A stretch of 50,093 nucleotides of DNA, the filler included, from Stramenopiles sp. TOSAG23-3 (Eukaryota): the NCBI GenBank assembly GCA_900128585.1. It is 4 parts of 4 records of this genome, joined end to end, with 100 filler letters (N's around TTAATTAATTAA, not from the genome) between each part and the next. Parts side by side here need not be neighbours in the genome. Positions count along the whole stretch, not along the records: positions 1 to 22,901 come from LT642322.1; 3 more parts are not named here. One strand, given 5' to 3'. Both the position numbers and the translations under genes were made by a program. Shown one piece after another: positions 9,368-18,430 of the stretch (within the stretch, counting starts at the first letter, position 1; every line of letters begins with the position of its first letter). A model generated the notes under the pieces. The model was given only the letters and a program-made list of their open reading frames with translations. It did no database searches and was not told the origin of the DNA.

Positions 9368-11935
9368 ATGGCCTCCCCACATGGCCATGCGGCAAACGAC
9401 GCACAGGATCCCCACGGGGTCCGGTATAAGGAGGTGAAGCCAAAAGACTTTGTCAAGCTTTTTCGAGCTCTTTTGGGAGAAGAACGGTCCCCAACGGTGG
9501 CAAAAAAAATACTTATGGATATTGCAAAGAAAAATGGTGGGCGTGAGGGGCTGTATGATATGTTTATTAAGCGACCGAACTCACTGTCTCGGATTTTAGA
9601 GTCGAAGACAATAGACGGCGGAATTGTGGTACGACTTCGGTTTAAAATGTCAAAGTGGATAGTCGACGAGGAAGAAAAGAAAAAGCGTTGGCTGGCCTCA
9701 ACTTTGCTAATTCAGCGAAGAATAAGAGGAGTCGTAGCACGAGCACGTTTCCAACTCATGAAGCAGAAAAAGAAACGGGACGCTTTGGAGTTCAGGTCTG
9801 CGGCAATGATACAAAAGTACATTCGGCGGAAGCTTAGTGCGAGAAGGTTCGAGGAGTATAAGAAAGAGGCGTATTTTCAGCAACCGAAAAAGCGAACTTG
9901 GAAATACTTAGAGTTGGCGGACGTGGTGAAAATGTACCATGCGAAAGGGAACAAGAAGAAAGGGAACAGGGAAGTATTGCTCGTGCAGCCGAAATGGGGA
10001 GGCAACGTAATAGGCGCAACAGTTGACCCTGAAAGTGACGTTTACAGCACAAAGACAAAAATGCACCTGAACGACAAACCGCAAGTAGTAATTCAGCATT
10101 ACGGCATCAGTAACGACCGACTAGGTCGTCTCGAGCCAAGGGTCATAGCTTTATACAAAGAGGGTATGGTCATTCCAGGACCACCGTTTTGGTGGCCATT
10201 AACCTGGCAGAGGTACATGGAAATGGCACAAGTAGGAAAGAAGCCAGGGCAGCAAAAGGAAGAAAGGGTAGGTATATTCGAAGTTTGGGAGCGGCAGAAG
10301 CAGTTTATTTTAACGAAAGAGCCGCGCTGGTTGGGCGGTGCTCTTGTGAGGTACCTGAGGGATCGCGGAGAGCTGCCTGCAGAAGATCACGACGTCGCAA
10401 AAGAGCAAAAACGGCAACATGCGCACGAAGCAAGGGTGAATGCTCGCATGAAACGGGTCGAAGGCAGAAAGTCGTACTTGGACATGACTTTGAAAGATTG
10501 GGAAAAGGACGACCCTGTTCTCTCTACACACCCGGAGCGGGACATCCACTTTGGTCTGCTGAAAACGTTACCGAAATTTAGATTTCCAAACCTTACGCGG
10601 GGCTTGCGCATCGTCTTCTTGGAGGACGACGGGGTCTTGAACACAGACAAGAGCGCCCCGGGGGAGATGGAAGACGAATTCATCGAACGATGCCGCAAAA
10701 TGTATTACGCAACGGGCTGCTATTTCGTTTGCTGCTCCCCCCGGCGCCTGACCCCAGACTTGATGAAAGAGTTTACGGATCGCTTCGTTTTCAACGGCGT
10801 TCCAGCCCAGCACATTCTCGGCGGTACCCCGCTTCTGCCCGGAAACAAGTACGCAATGTGGAGACGAATCGACGAGTGCTTGATGTGGTTGAAGGACCAG
10901 GTACACATAGAGATAGAAAGTTGGATTATTATCGACAAGAATGACCTTGCACGATTGGATTTTGACCCATTTTATTGTGATCTAGAGAAACACTGGGTGC
11001 GAACGCACTTGCGAAAGGGCCTAAACGAGGAACGGTTGGCGGAATCCATACGATTGCTTCTCTTGCCGGTGCTGGATAGAAAAGAAGAGTTAGAGCAGAA
11101 GTTAACGTACAAGAAAAGAAAATTTGAAGAGAAATTGCAGGACGCGTACGATCTGTTCGCAGAAGAGGACCCGTTTTCGGTAGGTTTAAAACCGAACAAG
11201 CAAATACAGCTGCTCCACGTGTTTGAAGATACTTTCAGCGACCTGCTGGAGACGCTCGATCAAATCATTGCACGGTACGAAATTTTGCTTAAATACTTGA
11301 AGATGGACACGTTTCTGAAGTCCAAGTTTAGCATTCAGCGAACGTCGTACCCTAAGCTCGTCGCCTTGCTGAACAAAGTGTCCCGGGGCATTCAAAAGAT
11401 GGAAGGCAACGCAAAGAAGGCAAAGAGGTTGAAAGACGAAAAGTCTTGCTACGAGGCTGGTGGGCGAAAATGTATAAATCCAGGCTGCCTTGGCCTATGC
11501 TTGCCTACGAAGAATAAGAACGGGAAAAAGAGCGATTACGTCACTTGCCCCATCAAAACCTGCGAGAAGCAGTTCTGTCGTTTGTGCGGGGTACCGGCAT
11601 CACCAATAACAACCCACGGACAACACCGTCATTTGGAAATTTGCGAATTCTACGACAACCCAGGGCCACTTCGGGACGTGTTTTCCCCGCTCTATTTGGA
11701 GCAAGACAAAGAAGTCGTGAGAGGAATGGCCCGGATCGGGACCGTGAAATGCTTGGGGTGCCACGATGAACTCGAGAAGCGGAAGGCAAAAGGCAAAGCC
11801 GCTCCCACAACGGCGTGCCGTCTCGTCAAGAAGTTGCCAAAAAATTGGCTGGACACGAAAATACTTCCGCAAGAGTTGAAAACCATGAAGAGCAAATTGC
11901 GAACCTGGGAGGCGAACCAAAAACGGAAGAAGTAA
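9368..11935 (+). CDS. IQ-motif + degenerate HAD (Swiss-Army-knife type) + IBR-like zinc-finger protein
   Basis: First ATG at 9368. IQ motifs IQRRIRGVVAR and IQKYIRRKLSAR; HAD-like IVFLEDDGVLNT...GGTP...WIIIDK...VRT..RKGL; Cys/His cluster CINPGC..VTCPIKTCEKQFCRLC....H. Confidence 0.8.
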   Translation: MASPHGHAANDAQDPHGVRYKEVKPKDFVKLFRALLGEERSPTVAKKILMDIAKKNGGREGLYDMFIKRPNSLSRILESKTIDGGIVVRLRFKMSKWIVDEEEKKKRWLASTLLIQRRIRGVVARARFQLMKQKKKRDALEFRSAAMIQKYIRRKLSARRFEEYKKEAYFQQPKKRTWKYLELADVVKMYHAKGNKKKGNREVLLVQPKWGGNVIGATVDPESDVYSTKTKMHLNDKPQVVIQHYGISNDRLGRLEPRVIALYKEGMVIPGPPFWWPLTWQRYMEMAQVGKKPGQQKEERVGIFEVWERQKQFILTKEPRWLGGALVRYLRDRGELPAEDHDVAKEQKRQHAHEARVNARMKRVEGRKSYLDMTLKDWEKDDPVLSTHPERDIHFGLLKTLPKFRFPNLTRGLRIVFLEDDGVLNTDKSAPGEMEDEFIERCRKMYYATGCYFVCCSPRRLTPDLMKEFTDRFVFNGVPAQHILGGTPLLPGNKYAMWRRIDECLMWLKDQVHIEIESWIIIDKNDLARLDFDPFYCDLEKHWVRTHLRKGLNEERLAESIRLLLLPVLDRKEELEQKLTYKKRKFEEKLQDAYDLFAEEDPFSVGLKPNKQIQLLHVFEDTFSDLLETLDQIIARYEILLKYLKMDTFLKSKFSIQRTSYPKLVALLNKVSRGIQKMEGNAKKAKRLKDEKSCYEAGGRKCINPGCLGLCLPTKNKNGKKSDYVTCPIKTCEKQFCRLCGVPASPITTHGQHRHLEICEFYDNPGPLRDVFSPLYLEQDKEVVRGMARIGTVKCLGCHDELEKRKAKGKAAPTTACRLVKKLPKNWLDTKILPQELKTMKSKLRTWEANQKRKK

Positions 11936-11974
11936 TAATAAATAAAAAGACTTAATTATTAATTAAAATAATTA

Positions 11975-12457
11975 CTATAAACTAAAAAACATTGTTGTGT
12001 TCTGGCACAATGAGAATATTAATATACAAATAGCAGCAGCAGAAAAAAAATGCAAATTAATGGGAAAAAAGTAGGTATCGGGTGTGGTGATGATGGTTAA
12101 TCCCTTAATTGCATTCTGTAACACGCGGTTGCACTCCTCCAGCAGAGCACTTTTTTCCAAGCTCAACCGCCGACGGTTTTTGGAAAGTCTCGAAACAGCG
12201 CTACATTTCCACTGTTCAAATAGAGCGCGACAATTGGATCTATCGTTTACTCTGAAGTTTACGATAAATGAGGGGGAGCAAGCTTTGCCTACCTCAAGTG
12301 CCAAGAACAATTCACCAGCGTTTGCTCGGCGCACGTTCTTATAGTTCCGCAGTACCTCGCCGTTCAAGGAGTTTGCTGGTGGTATCTTCAACATCTGGGT
12401 TAGATTTACCAGTGAGACCATTTTTTTACGATCGCTTTCGGAAGCAACGGATTGCAT
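11975..12457 (-). CDS. Possible small hypothetical protein
   Basis: ATG 12457 (MQSVASESDRKK) and coding-like composition over 12100-12460. It conflicts with the possible 5' extension of MsrB on the other strand. Confidence 0.3.
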   Translation of the reverse strand: MQSVASESDRKKMVSLVNLTQMLKIPPANSLNGEVLRNYKNVRRANAGELFLALEVGKACSPSFIVNFRVNDRSNCRALFEQWKCSAVSRLSKNRRRLSLEKSALLEECNRVLQNAIKGLTIITTPDTYFFPINLHFFSAAAICILIFSLCQNTTMFFSL

Positions 12458-12990
12458 TTGGGCAACAGAATCCCTACCGTTTTTTGTGGAAGCTCGGAAC
12501 CGAAAAAATTCCAAAATACAAGAAGAAGATGAGCGCGAAAAGAAATTTCCCAGTAGTGAAGACGGACGAAGAGTGGCGCGAGGAGCTGGACGCGAACGAG
12601 TACACTGTATTGCGGGAAAAGGGGACCGAGCTGGCTGGAACGGGTGAGTACGACAAGTTCTTCCCAAAAAAGCACGAAGGGCATTTTTGCTGCCGCGGCT
12701 GTGGCCAGCCCTTGTACAGCGCCGACTCGAAATTTAACAGCGGGTGCGGCTGGCCCGCGTTTGACAAGTGCTACAAGGGCGCGCTCGTCACGGAGGTGGA
12801 TGGAAGCTTGGGGATGCGGCGGATAGAAATAATGTGCAGCGGATGTGGGGGGCACCTAGGCCATGTGTTTGAGGGCGAACGGTTCACTGAAACGAACGAG
12901 AGGCATTGCGTAAATTCGTTGAGCATCAAGTTTGTCAAGGACGGGGAGTCGCTTCAGAAAGAGCAAGAGAGGATCGTTAGCACTTTGTGA
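12268..12990 (+). CDS. msrB: Peptide methionine-R-sulfoxide reductase B (Cys type, Zn-binding)
   Basis: KTDEEWR..L...EYTVLREKGTE, CRGC, GCGWPAF, CSGC, GHLGHVF and catalytic RHCVNS. The core begins at ATG 12529; upstream in-frame ATG 12268 adds an Arg/Ser-rich leader. Confidence 0.95.
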   Translation: MRGSKLCLPQVPRTIHQRLLGARSYSSAVPRRSRSLLVVSSTSGLDLPVRPFFYDRFRKQRIAFGQQNPYRFLWKLGTEKIPKYKKKMSAKRNFPVVKTDEEWREELDANEYTVLREKGTELAGTGEYDKFFPKKHEGHFCCRGCGQPLYSADSKFNSGCGWPAFDKCYKGALVTEVDGSLGMRRIEIMCSGCGGHLGHVFEGERFTETNERHCVNSLSIKFVKDGESLQKEQERIVSTL

Positions 12991-13210
12991 TTCTGTGCCG
13001 AGATCATGGACAAAAGGAGAGTCAGAGGAAAGAGAAGCATACTCACATGTGAAAAATTAGGCTAAACTGTTAGAATATTTTGGTACTTTTTTTACATAAT
13101 TGTATGACGAATTCGTATCGCAATGAACCACCCTCGAAGTTCGAGGTGTTTCCGGGGGTGCACCCCTTTCAAGCATACCACAGGAACGAAAATGGATCGG
13201 GCAACGCACT

Positions 13211-13651
13211 TTACCGTTTCATATACCCTGGTAATTTCATTCTCATGAACAAGAGAATGACATTGTATCCTACCGTCAACAGCCCTATACCGCCAAAGAG
13301 CATCAAGTAGCGGGCGCTCTTACCCGACGTCGCATCGTTCGCTTTGTCAAGCAAGATAAAGGCCAGCCCCCCCGCACAAAACATAAACCCCGCAGCCAAC
13401 CCCTCGATAATGTACTGGGCGTTCAGGCGGTAGGGCAAAATGGCTTGCGGCTTTTCGTTCCCGGTGAGAGGGTCACGGATCCTTCCCGTGGACATGGGCT
13501 CGTTCACAAAATCATAGATCACGCCGCTGGTCATCAAAAAGTAAAAAAAGAAGACTACGGCAAAAACGGTCATACCAGAAGGCCGCTGCAAAACGTTGTT
13601 TTCTAACCATATTCGCAGACGGCGTGGGCGCGGGCAGAGTGACGTTGCCAT
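13211..13651 (-). CDS. OSTC: Oligosaccharyltransferase complex subunit OSTC/DC2
   Basis: YFLMTSGVIYDFVNEP, YRLNAQYIIEGLAAG, three TM helices and C-terminal FMRMKLPGYM. Likely ATG at 13651. Confidence 0.92.
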   Translation of the reverse strand: MATSLCPRPRRLRIWLENNVLQRPSGMTVFAVVFFFYFLMTSGVIYDFVNEPMSTGRIRDPLTGNEKPQAILPYRLNAQYIIEGLAAGFMFCAGGLAFILLDKANDATSGKSARYLMLFGGIGLLTVGYNVILLFMRMKLPGYMKR

Positions 13652-14184
13652 TGCTGTCAAACGGATACTTTCTAAACAAATAAAATGACACACCAGCACA
13701 GCCTTGAACGAAACACAAGAAACTGAACACTTATTCGTTCCTTTTCTTGCTCTTTTTTCGACATAACAATTAATGAATCAGAAACAAAAAACAAACACAA
13801 TACAATATACTCCATTCCAAATAACAAAATGCGATTATTATTATTTTGATGATGATGAGATGTGGTTGGGTGTGATGATTGATGATGAGATGAAGAAAGA
13901 AAAGAGAAAGAAGAAAGAAGAAGATATATAGAAATATAATAGAAATGTGGATTATTATTTGATTGATTGATGGATTGCGGATAGCCTATTATTATTATAT
14001 AGTATTAATGTTACACTTGCTGTGTGATGTAAAACACAAAACTCTTATTTGATATATGTACTAGTTTGTATACTAAAAATAGTCATAGGGGAGGAAATTA
14101 ATAATCCAACCCTTTTTATAATGTGTGTAAATAATTGCAGCTTCGAAGATTACAAAAGTTAACCCTAGAGGCCGCGTTGAAAAA

Positions 14185-15048
14185 TCAAGCAGATGACGTT
14201 TGCTCCAATAGACCAGTGTTGCCGTCGTCCTCCTCCTCGGAAAATTGCGCGCGCTTTGGTTCATGCAAAACATACACCCAAGCACTACCAAAGAGTGAAC
14301 CAACCAATATTCCTGTCAGGACATCGGTCATCCAGTGCATGTCGGCGAAGACCCTTCCAAAACTCCCAACGGAAGCAATCCCGAGAATGGCCCAACGATA
14401 CTTTCGAAATATTTTGTTGTGAAAAAGTTTCCCGCTTTGACCCCCCCGCCCCACTCTTTCGAGCATGCAAACAATCATCATGCCAGCACTCAATGCTACG
14501 CACCCCGTGGAGGCATCGCCACTGTAAAACGACTTAAACTGGGTCCGTGGCTCATACGACGCTTCAGTGTTCTGTGCCCGGTTGAAGAAAAAACAAGGGC
14601 GCTGTCTATTGGCAGTCATTTTCAATATGCTGTTTGGGCACGTTTGGGAAACCATTGCACTAATAATTATAACGGCATATTTGACCTTCTCCGAGCAGAA
14701 CCTGCTACTCTCGGCAGGCAAATTGAGGCAAACCAAATAATAAGCGAACACAGGCGCAACAACAAAATTGAAAGTGTGGGAAACGACGGCCCAAAACATT
14801 GCGAAGTTTGTCGCGTGGAATACATCTGCAAACCATGTATCAAACGGGTCCGGATGGCACCACGCAGCTATGACACCATCTTCAAGATCACCCTCGGGGA
14901 CACATTTTCTAACAGAAGAAGAATCTATGATCAACGAGGGAAATAGGGTTGAAAAGACTATTGAAAGTAGAAAAAGCCCCCCTACCCATGCCCACGTCGT
15001 TCTCTTCAAACTATGCGATGCAAGGTCGTAAGACCGTAACCTGTCCAT
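14185..15048 (-). CDS. PAP2-family membrane phosphatase
   Basis: C1 KMTANRQRP, C2 SFYSGD (normally PSGH), C3 GRVFADMHWMTD, several TM segments. ATG at 15048. Confidence 0.85.
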   Translation of the reverse strand: MDRLRSYDLASHSLKRTTWAWVGGLFLLSIVFSTLFPSLIIDSSSVRKCVPEGDLEDGVIAAWCHPDPFDTWFADVFHATNFAMFWAVVSHTFNFVVAPVFAYYLVCLNLPAESSRFCSEKVKYAVIIISAMVSQTCPNSILKMTANRQRPCFFFNRAQNTEASYEPRTQFKSFYSGDASTGCVALSAGMMIVCMLERVGRGGQSGKLFHNKIFRKYRWAILGIASVGSFGRVFADMHWMTDVLTGILVGSLFGSAWVYVLHEPKRAQFSEEEDDGNTGLLEQTSSA

Positions 15049-15323
15049 ACTATCGTCCAAAGAGGAAACGAAGTAAACGCGATTCCTTTTCAATAAATGA
15101 ACACGCAATAACTTCTTCCTTTAATCAATTCCCACTGTAATAATTTTCTTCTTTCCATGCATTTGAAAGAATTATCATTAAAGTTATATTAGGTTCAAAC
15201 TTTAACATTCGCTTTTTAAAATTACTTCTTCTTAGTATAGTCATCTATCATCAGTCGTTCTTCCAGCAGCCACAACAAACAAAGCAGCAAAAGCACAGCA
15301 GGAGGATGAGGACAGACAGACAT

Positions 15324-15626
15324 GAAGAAAGAAGAAGAAGAAACCATGAAGAAAGAAGAAGAAACCAAGAAGAAGAAAGAAGAAGAAAGAAGAAGAAGAA
15401 GAAAGAAGAAGAAAGAAGAAGAAACAAAGAAGAAGAAGAAACCAAGAAGAAGAAAGAAGAAGAAGAAAGAAGAAGAAGAAAGAAGAAGAAGAAAGAAGAA
15501 GAAGAAGAAAGAAGAAGAAGAAACCAAGAAGAAAGAAGAAGAAACCAAGAAGAAGAAAGAAGAAACCAAGAAGAAAGAAGAAGAAACCAAGAAGAAAGAA
15601 GAAGAAAGAAGAAGAAAGAAGAAGAG
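15324..15626. repeat. Compound (GAA)n/GAAA microsatellite with recurring GAAACCAA interruptions
   Basis: About 300 bp of nearly pure purine sequence built from GAAGAAACCAAGAAGAAA-type units. Confidence 0.95.
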
Positions 15627-15870
15627 ATGATAAATAATATGTCATTAGTACTTTTAATTACACAATAACATAATCACAGCATTCAATACAATTAGCAACG
15701 CTTCTGATATATTTTTTTATTAGTAGACCGTTTATTTTTTTGTGAAATCACTTCGTTCTAGAAGAAGACGTACATTCCAACCAATGCAAGGAGATAGTTT
15801 CGAGCTCATAATTTTTGATCTTGCCCACGGCTGGTGTTCCACCCCGACTTGAAAGTTCAAACCCTTTCCC

Positions 15871-17913
15871 ATGGATTCCCCGGTAGTAAAGCAAGAGTTG
15901 CAACTGAGCAGCATGGGCGAAAAACCGTCAAATGCCGCCGCCGCACGTCGCCCGAGTCATACGCGCAGAGAGTCATTCTCACGCAAAAATACAATACAAA
16001 CAAGTTTTGGAAACAAAAACTTGTTCCAATTGATGAGGTTCAGAGGGGCCTTTCTGTTATTAACGTGTTTAAGCGTGTCCGCTGTCCACTTTGTCGCATT
16101 TTTCCGTTTTAGCGCAGCTCACGCGGGCCCGTTTGTGCACTCAGGCAGGAAATGGATATGGATATTCGCAACAGTGGGTAGTTTCGGCATTTTTATGTTC
16201 ACTTTTTTGTGCGTCAGAGGAAAACGAGATGCATTGTCGTGGGCCCAACGGCATCTGGGAAGAACTAGCGACCGGCGGCGGAATGAAGGTAGAGAGTCAT
16301 TCATTGTGAAAGCTTTCAGGTGTTACACTCAAAATTTGTCACTGGACGGCAGGTTTTACTTAGTACGGATGTACATTCTGGAAGTCAGTGAAGACGTTCT
16401 TCAGGCCATCAACCTTTATAGTATCTATTTTTGCATGTTACCATTAATCGTAACCTCTGCGTTCATTTTAGTTCTGCTGACGGAAGCGTCGTATCGTTGC
16501 TATGTATTATGGAACTTTGCTCTTGGAGAAGGAAAGCTTCTGCCAGTTTGGGTACGAAATGCTCAAGTGCTGTGTGACACGTACGTAGATTTTTTCTTTA
16601 CGGTGGTGCCCATAGCAGCGATACACTTCGGATATGGGATACAAATGACACCGTTGGAAATCTTGCAGATTGTCCTGTGGCCGTCGCTGTCTCTCTTGTT
16701 CAAGGTTAGGCGGCAATTTTTTGAAACGTTGAGGCAGAACGGAAAGCGGTTCATCGACGACGTCCGAGGGAAGAAGTCGATCAAGGTTGGAAGGGGGCGT
16801 GAAAGTGTGTACGGCGTCGATCATGACACGAAAGTTTCCCATTTTCAGAATCGCGCGTTGGGTTCACTCTTTAAACGTGCCGTCTTCGGTTTCAGTGTTC
16901 TTTACATCATTGCAATGAGTGTCATTTTGGTCACCCAACTGGCGCGCGCAAACGAGGTGGATGGAGACTGTAAGTACATCTTCGTCAAAAACCCGGGCGA
17001 CAGAGATCACTTCCTAGAAGATTGCAGTGTTAAGGTTATGTTCTGCAAGAACGTGGTAGAGCCATCGTGCGATTGCGCGGTGCTTGATATCGTGAACCAT
17101 AATATGACCCGCTTGAAGAACAATTTTACGACGTTAACGGCGCTAAATTGGTTGAGAATAAACACCGGGCCGTTAGAGTCCCTGCCGACATCAGGGATGG
17201 AAGATTTAACCAAAATTACGGTTTTATACTTGGATTTTAATTTTTTGACATCGTTCAAAGTCGACGTTTCCTTTTGGCCAAGCCTGTCACGTTTGAGTAT
17301 AGCGTACAACAATCTAACTATTGGTGGAGACCATTCGGTATGGAAACATCATAACCTCAAAGGCTTGTTGCTAAGCAGTAACTTGGGGCTTGCACTCCCT
17401 GAGTCCGCAGACCAGCTGCATCTCCCCCGGCTATCGTATTTGGATATTTCCAACAACAGCATGGCAATCCCGAAGTATTTGTCTTCGGCACAATTACCTA
17501 GCGTTGCTTTTCTGTTCCTCAACGGGAATACAATTGGTACTTTTAGCAAAGGGTTTTCAACACTGAAATCTCTGTATATGCTTGGCATAGCTCGGTGCAG
17601 GCTGTTGAATTCATCAACTTTAGCAGAAATATTACCTTTGAAGTCGATGTGGTACGTTGACGCACGGGACAATTCAATATTGCATGTTAGTCCCGATGTC
17701 AAGTCAATGATAAGAGACAAACAGATAGAGTCTTACTTTTCCGGAAATCCGGCATGCGCAATTGACAGAGACTTGAACTGTGAACTCCTGTGCTCGAAGT
17801 TTTGCTTTTCTAAAAGCCATAAAAACAACAAATATTGTGATAACACTTGCAATTCTGTAGACTGTGGGAGTGACAACGGCGAATGTTTGGAATTTGATTC
17901 TGCTCACAAATGA
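15871..17913 (+). CDS. Multipass membrane protein with C-terminal LRRs and LNR (Notch)-like Cys module
   Basis: Several hydrophobic helices in the N-terminal half; LxxLxLxxN repeats (ITVLYLDFNFL, LSRLSIAYNNL, LSYLDISNNSM); GNPAC cap; C-terminal C...NKYCDNTCNSVDCGSDNGEC. Confidence 0.85.
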   Translation: MDSPVVKQELQLSSMGEKPSNAAAARRPSHTRRESFSRKNTIQTSFGNKNLFQLMRFRGAFLLLTCLSVSAVHFVAFFRFSAAHAGPFVHSGRKWIWIFATVGSFGIFMFTFLCVRGKRDALSWAQRHLGRTSDRRRNEGRESFIVKAFRCYTQNLSLDGRFYLVRMYILEVSEDVLQAINLYSIYFCMLPLIVTSAFILVLLTEASYRCYVLWNFALGEGKLLPVWVRNAQVLCDTYVDFFFTVVPIAAIHFGYGIQMTPLEILQIVLWPSLSLLFKVRRQFFETLRQNGKRFIDDVRGKKSIKVGRGRESVYGVDHDTKVSHFQNRALGSLFKRAVFGFSVLYIIAMSVILVTQLARANEVDGDCKYIFVKNPGDRDHFLEDCSVKVMFCKNVVEPSCDCAVLDIVNHNMTRLKNNFTTLTALNWLRINTGPLESLPTSGMEDLTKITVLYLDFNFLTSFKVDVSFWPSLSRLSIAYNNLTIGGDHSVWKHHNLKGLLLSSNLGLALPESADQLHLPRLSYLDISNNSMAIPKYLSSAQLPSVAFLFLNGNTIGTFSKGFSTLKSLYMLGIARCRLLNSSTLAEILPLKSMWYVDARDNSILHVSPDVKSMIRDKQIESYFSGNPACAIDRDLNCELLCSKFCFSKSHKNNKYCDNTCNSVDCGSDNGECLEFDSAHK

Positions 17914-18100
17914 ACCAGAAGGCTAAGAGTTTTGGCGTTGGGTTTATCAAGTAATTCTATGATACCGGGAAAGAACTTCGGCCTTTTAAAATTTCATAAG
18001 CTAGCAATAAAAACTTTGCAGTATTTAAGCTGCGAGATAAACGCGTTAATAAATTTTACAGTGTGTTTTAAATCAAAAAAATGAAATTTAATTAATTTAA

Positions 18101-18402
18101 ATTTTAATTACTTTAAATAACAGCCAATTTTTTGTTTTTAAAATTAATTTCAAGGAACGAGCCATCTACGAGTGGAACACCGGATGAGGAAGTTGATTAT
18201 GGGTCATGTGGAAGCAGTGTTAATCCATCTACTGATTCAGATCATAAATGGAGTACATCTGAGAATGATAGTCAAGACTAAGTGACAAGGTTCAAGGGTA
18301 TATCGATTAGTAAAACCAAAAGAGCAAAGACAGCTTTCAGTTCGCAGTACATTATTTTTAATTACTTAAATAACAGCCAATTTTCTTGTTTTTAATTAAT
18401 TT
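18101..18402 (-). repeat. Dispersed element: two ~48-bp direct repeats around a ~205-bp interior
   Basis: TTTAATTACTT(T)AAATAACAGCCAATTTT(T/C)TTGTTTTTAA(AA)TTAATTT at 18101-18150 and 18355-18402. Interior 18222-18290 matches the reverse complement of 43049-43117 at 58/69. Confidence 0.85.
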
Positions 18403-18430
18403 AAAAGCTTCGTCTATCGCGCACGACACT

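Noticed and set aside
12895..12925. Selenoprotein MsrB or stop-codon recoding
   Set aside because: The catalytic residue is a TGC Cys. No gene here needs readthrough, and TAA, TAG and TGA all act as stops.
13051..13075. Degenerate motif-like words (AAAAATTAGGCTAAACTGTTA; also near 7680)
   Set aside because: Too divergent to distinguish from chance in AT-rich DNA, so they were not counted as copies.
15222..15668. Poly-K/E/R and poly-F/S/L ORFs (also at 45655-45945 and 47525-47916)
   Set aside because: They are translations of GAA/TTC microsatellites.
17918..17990. U2 snRNA-like words (TCGGCCTTTT, GGCTAAGA)
   Set aside because: They are in the wrong order and the GTAGTA branch-pairing sequence is absent.
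18121..18140. AATTTTTTG as the Sm site of an snRNA or spliced-leader RNA
   Set aside because: No conserved upstream exon or GT donor and no stable flanking stem-loops among copies; T-runs are common in this DNA.
18101..18402. CRISPR-like repeat-spacer-repeat
   Set aside because: Only two repeats per locus, a ~205-bp interior shared between loci, a eukaryotic context and no cas genes.
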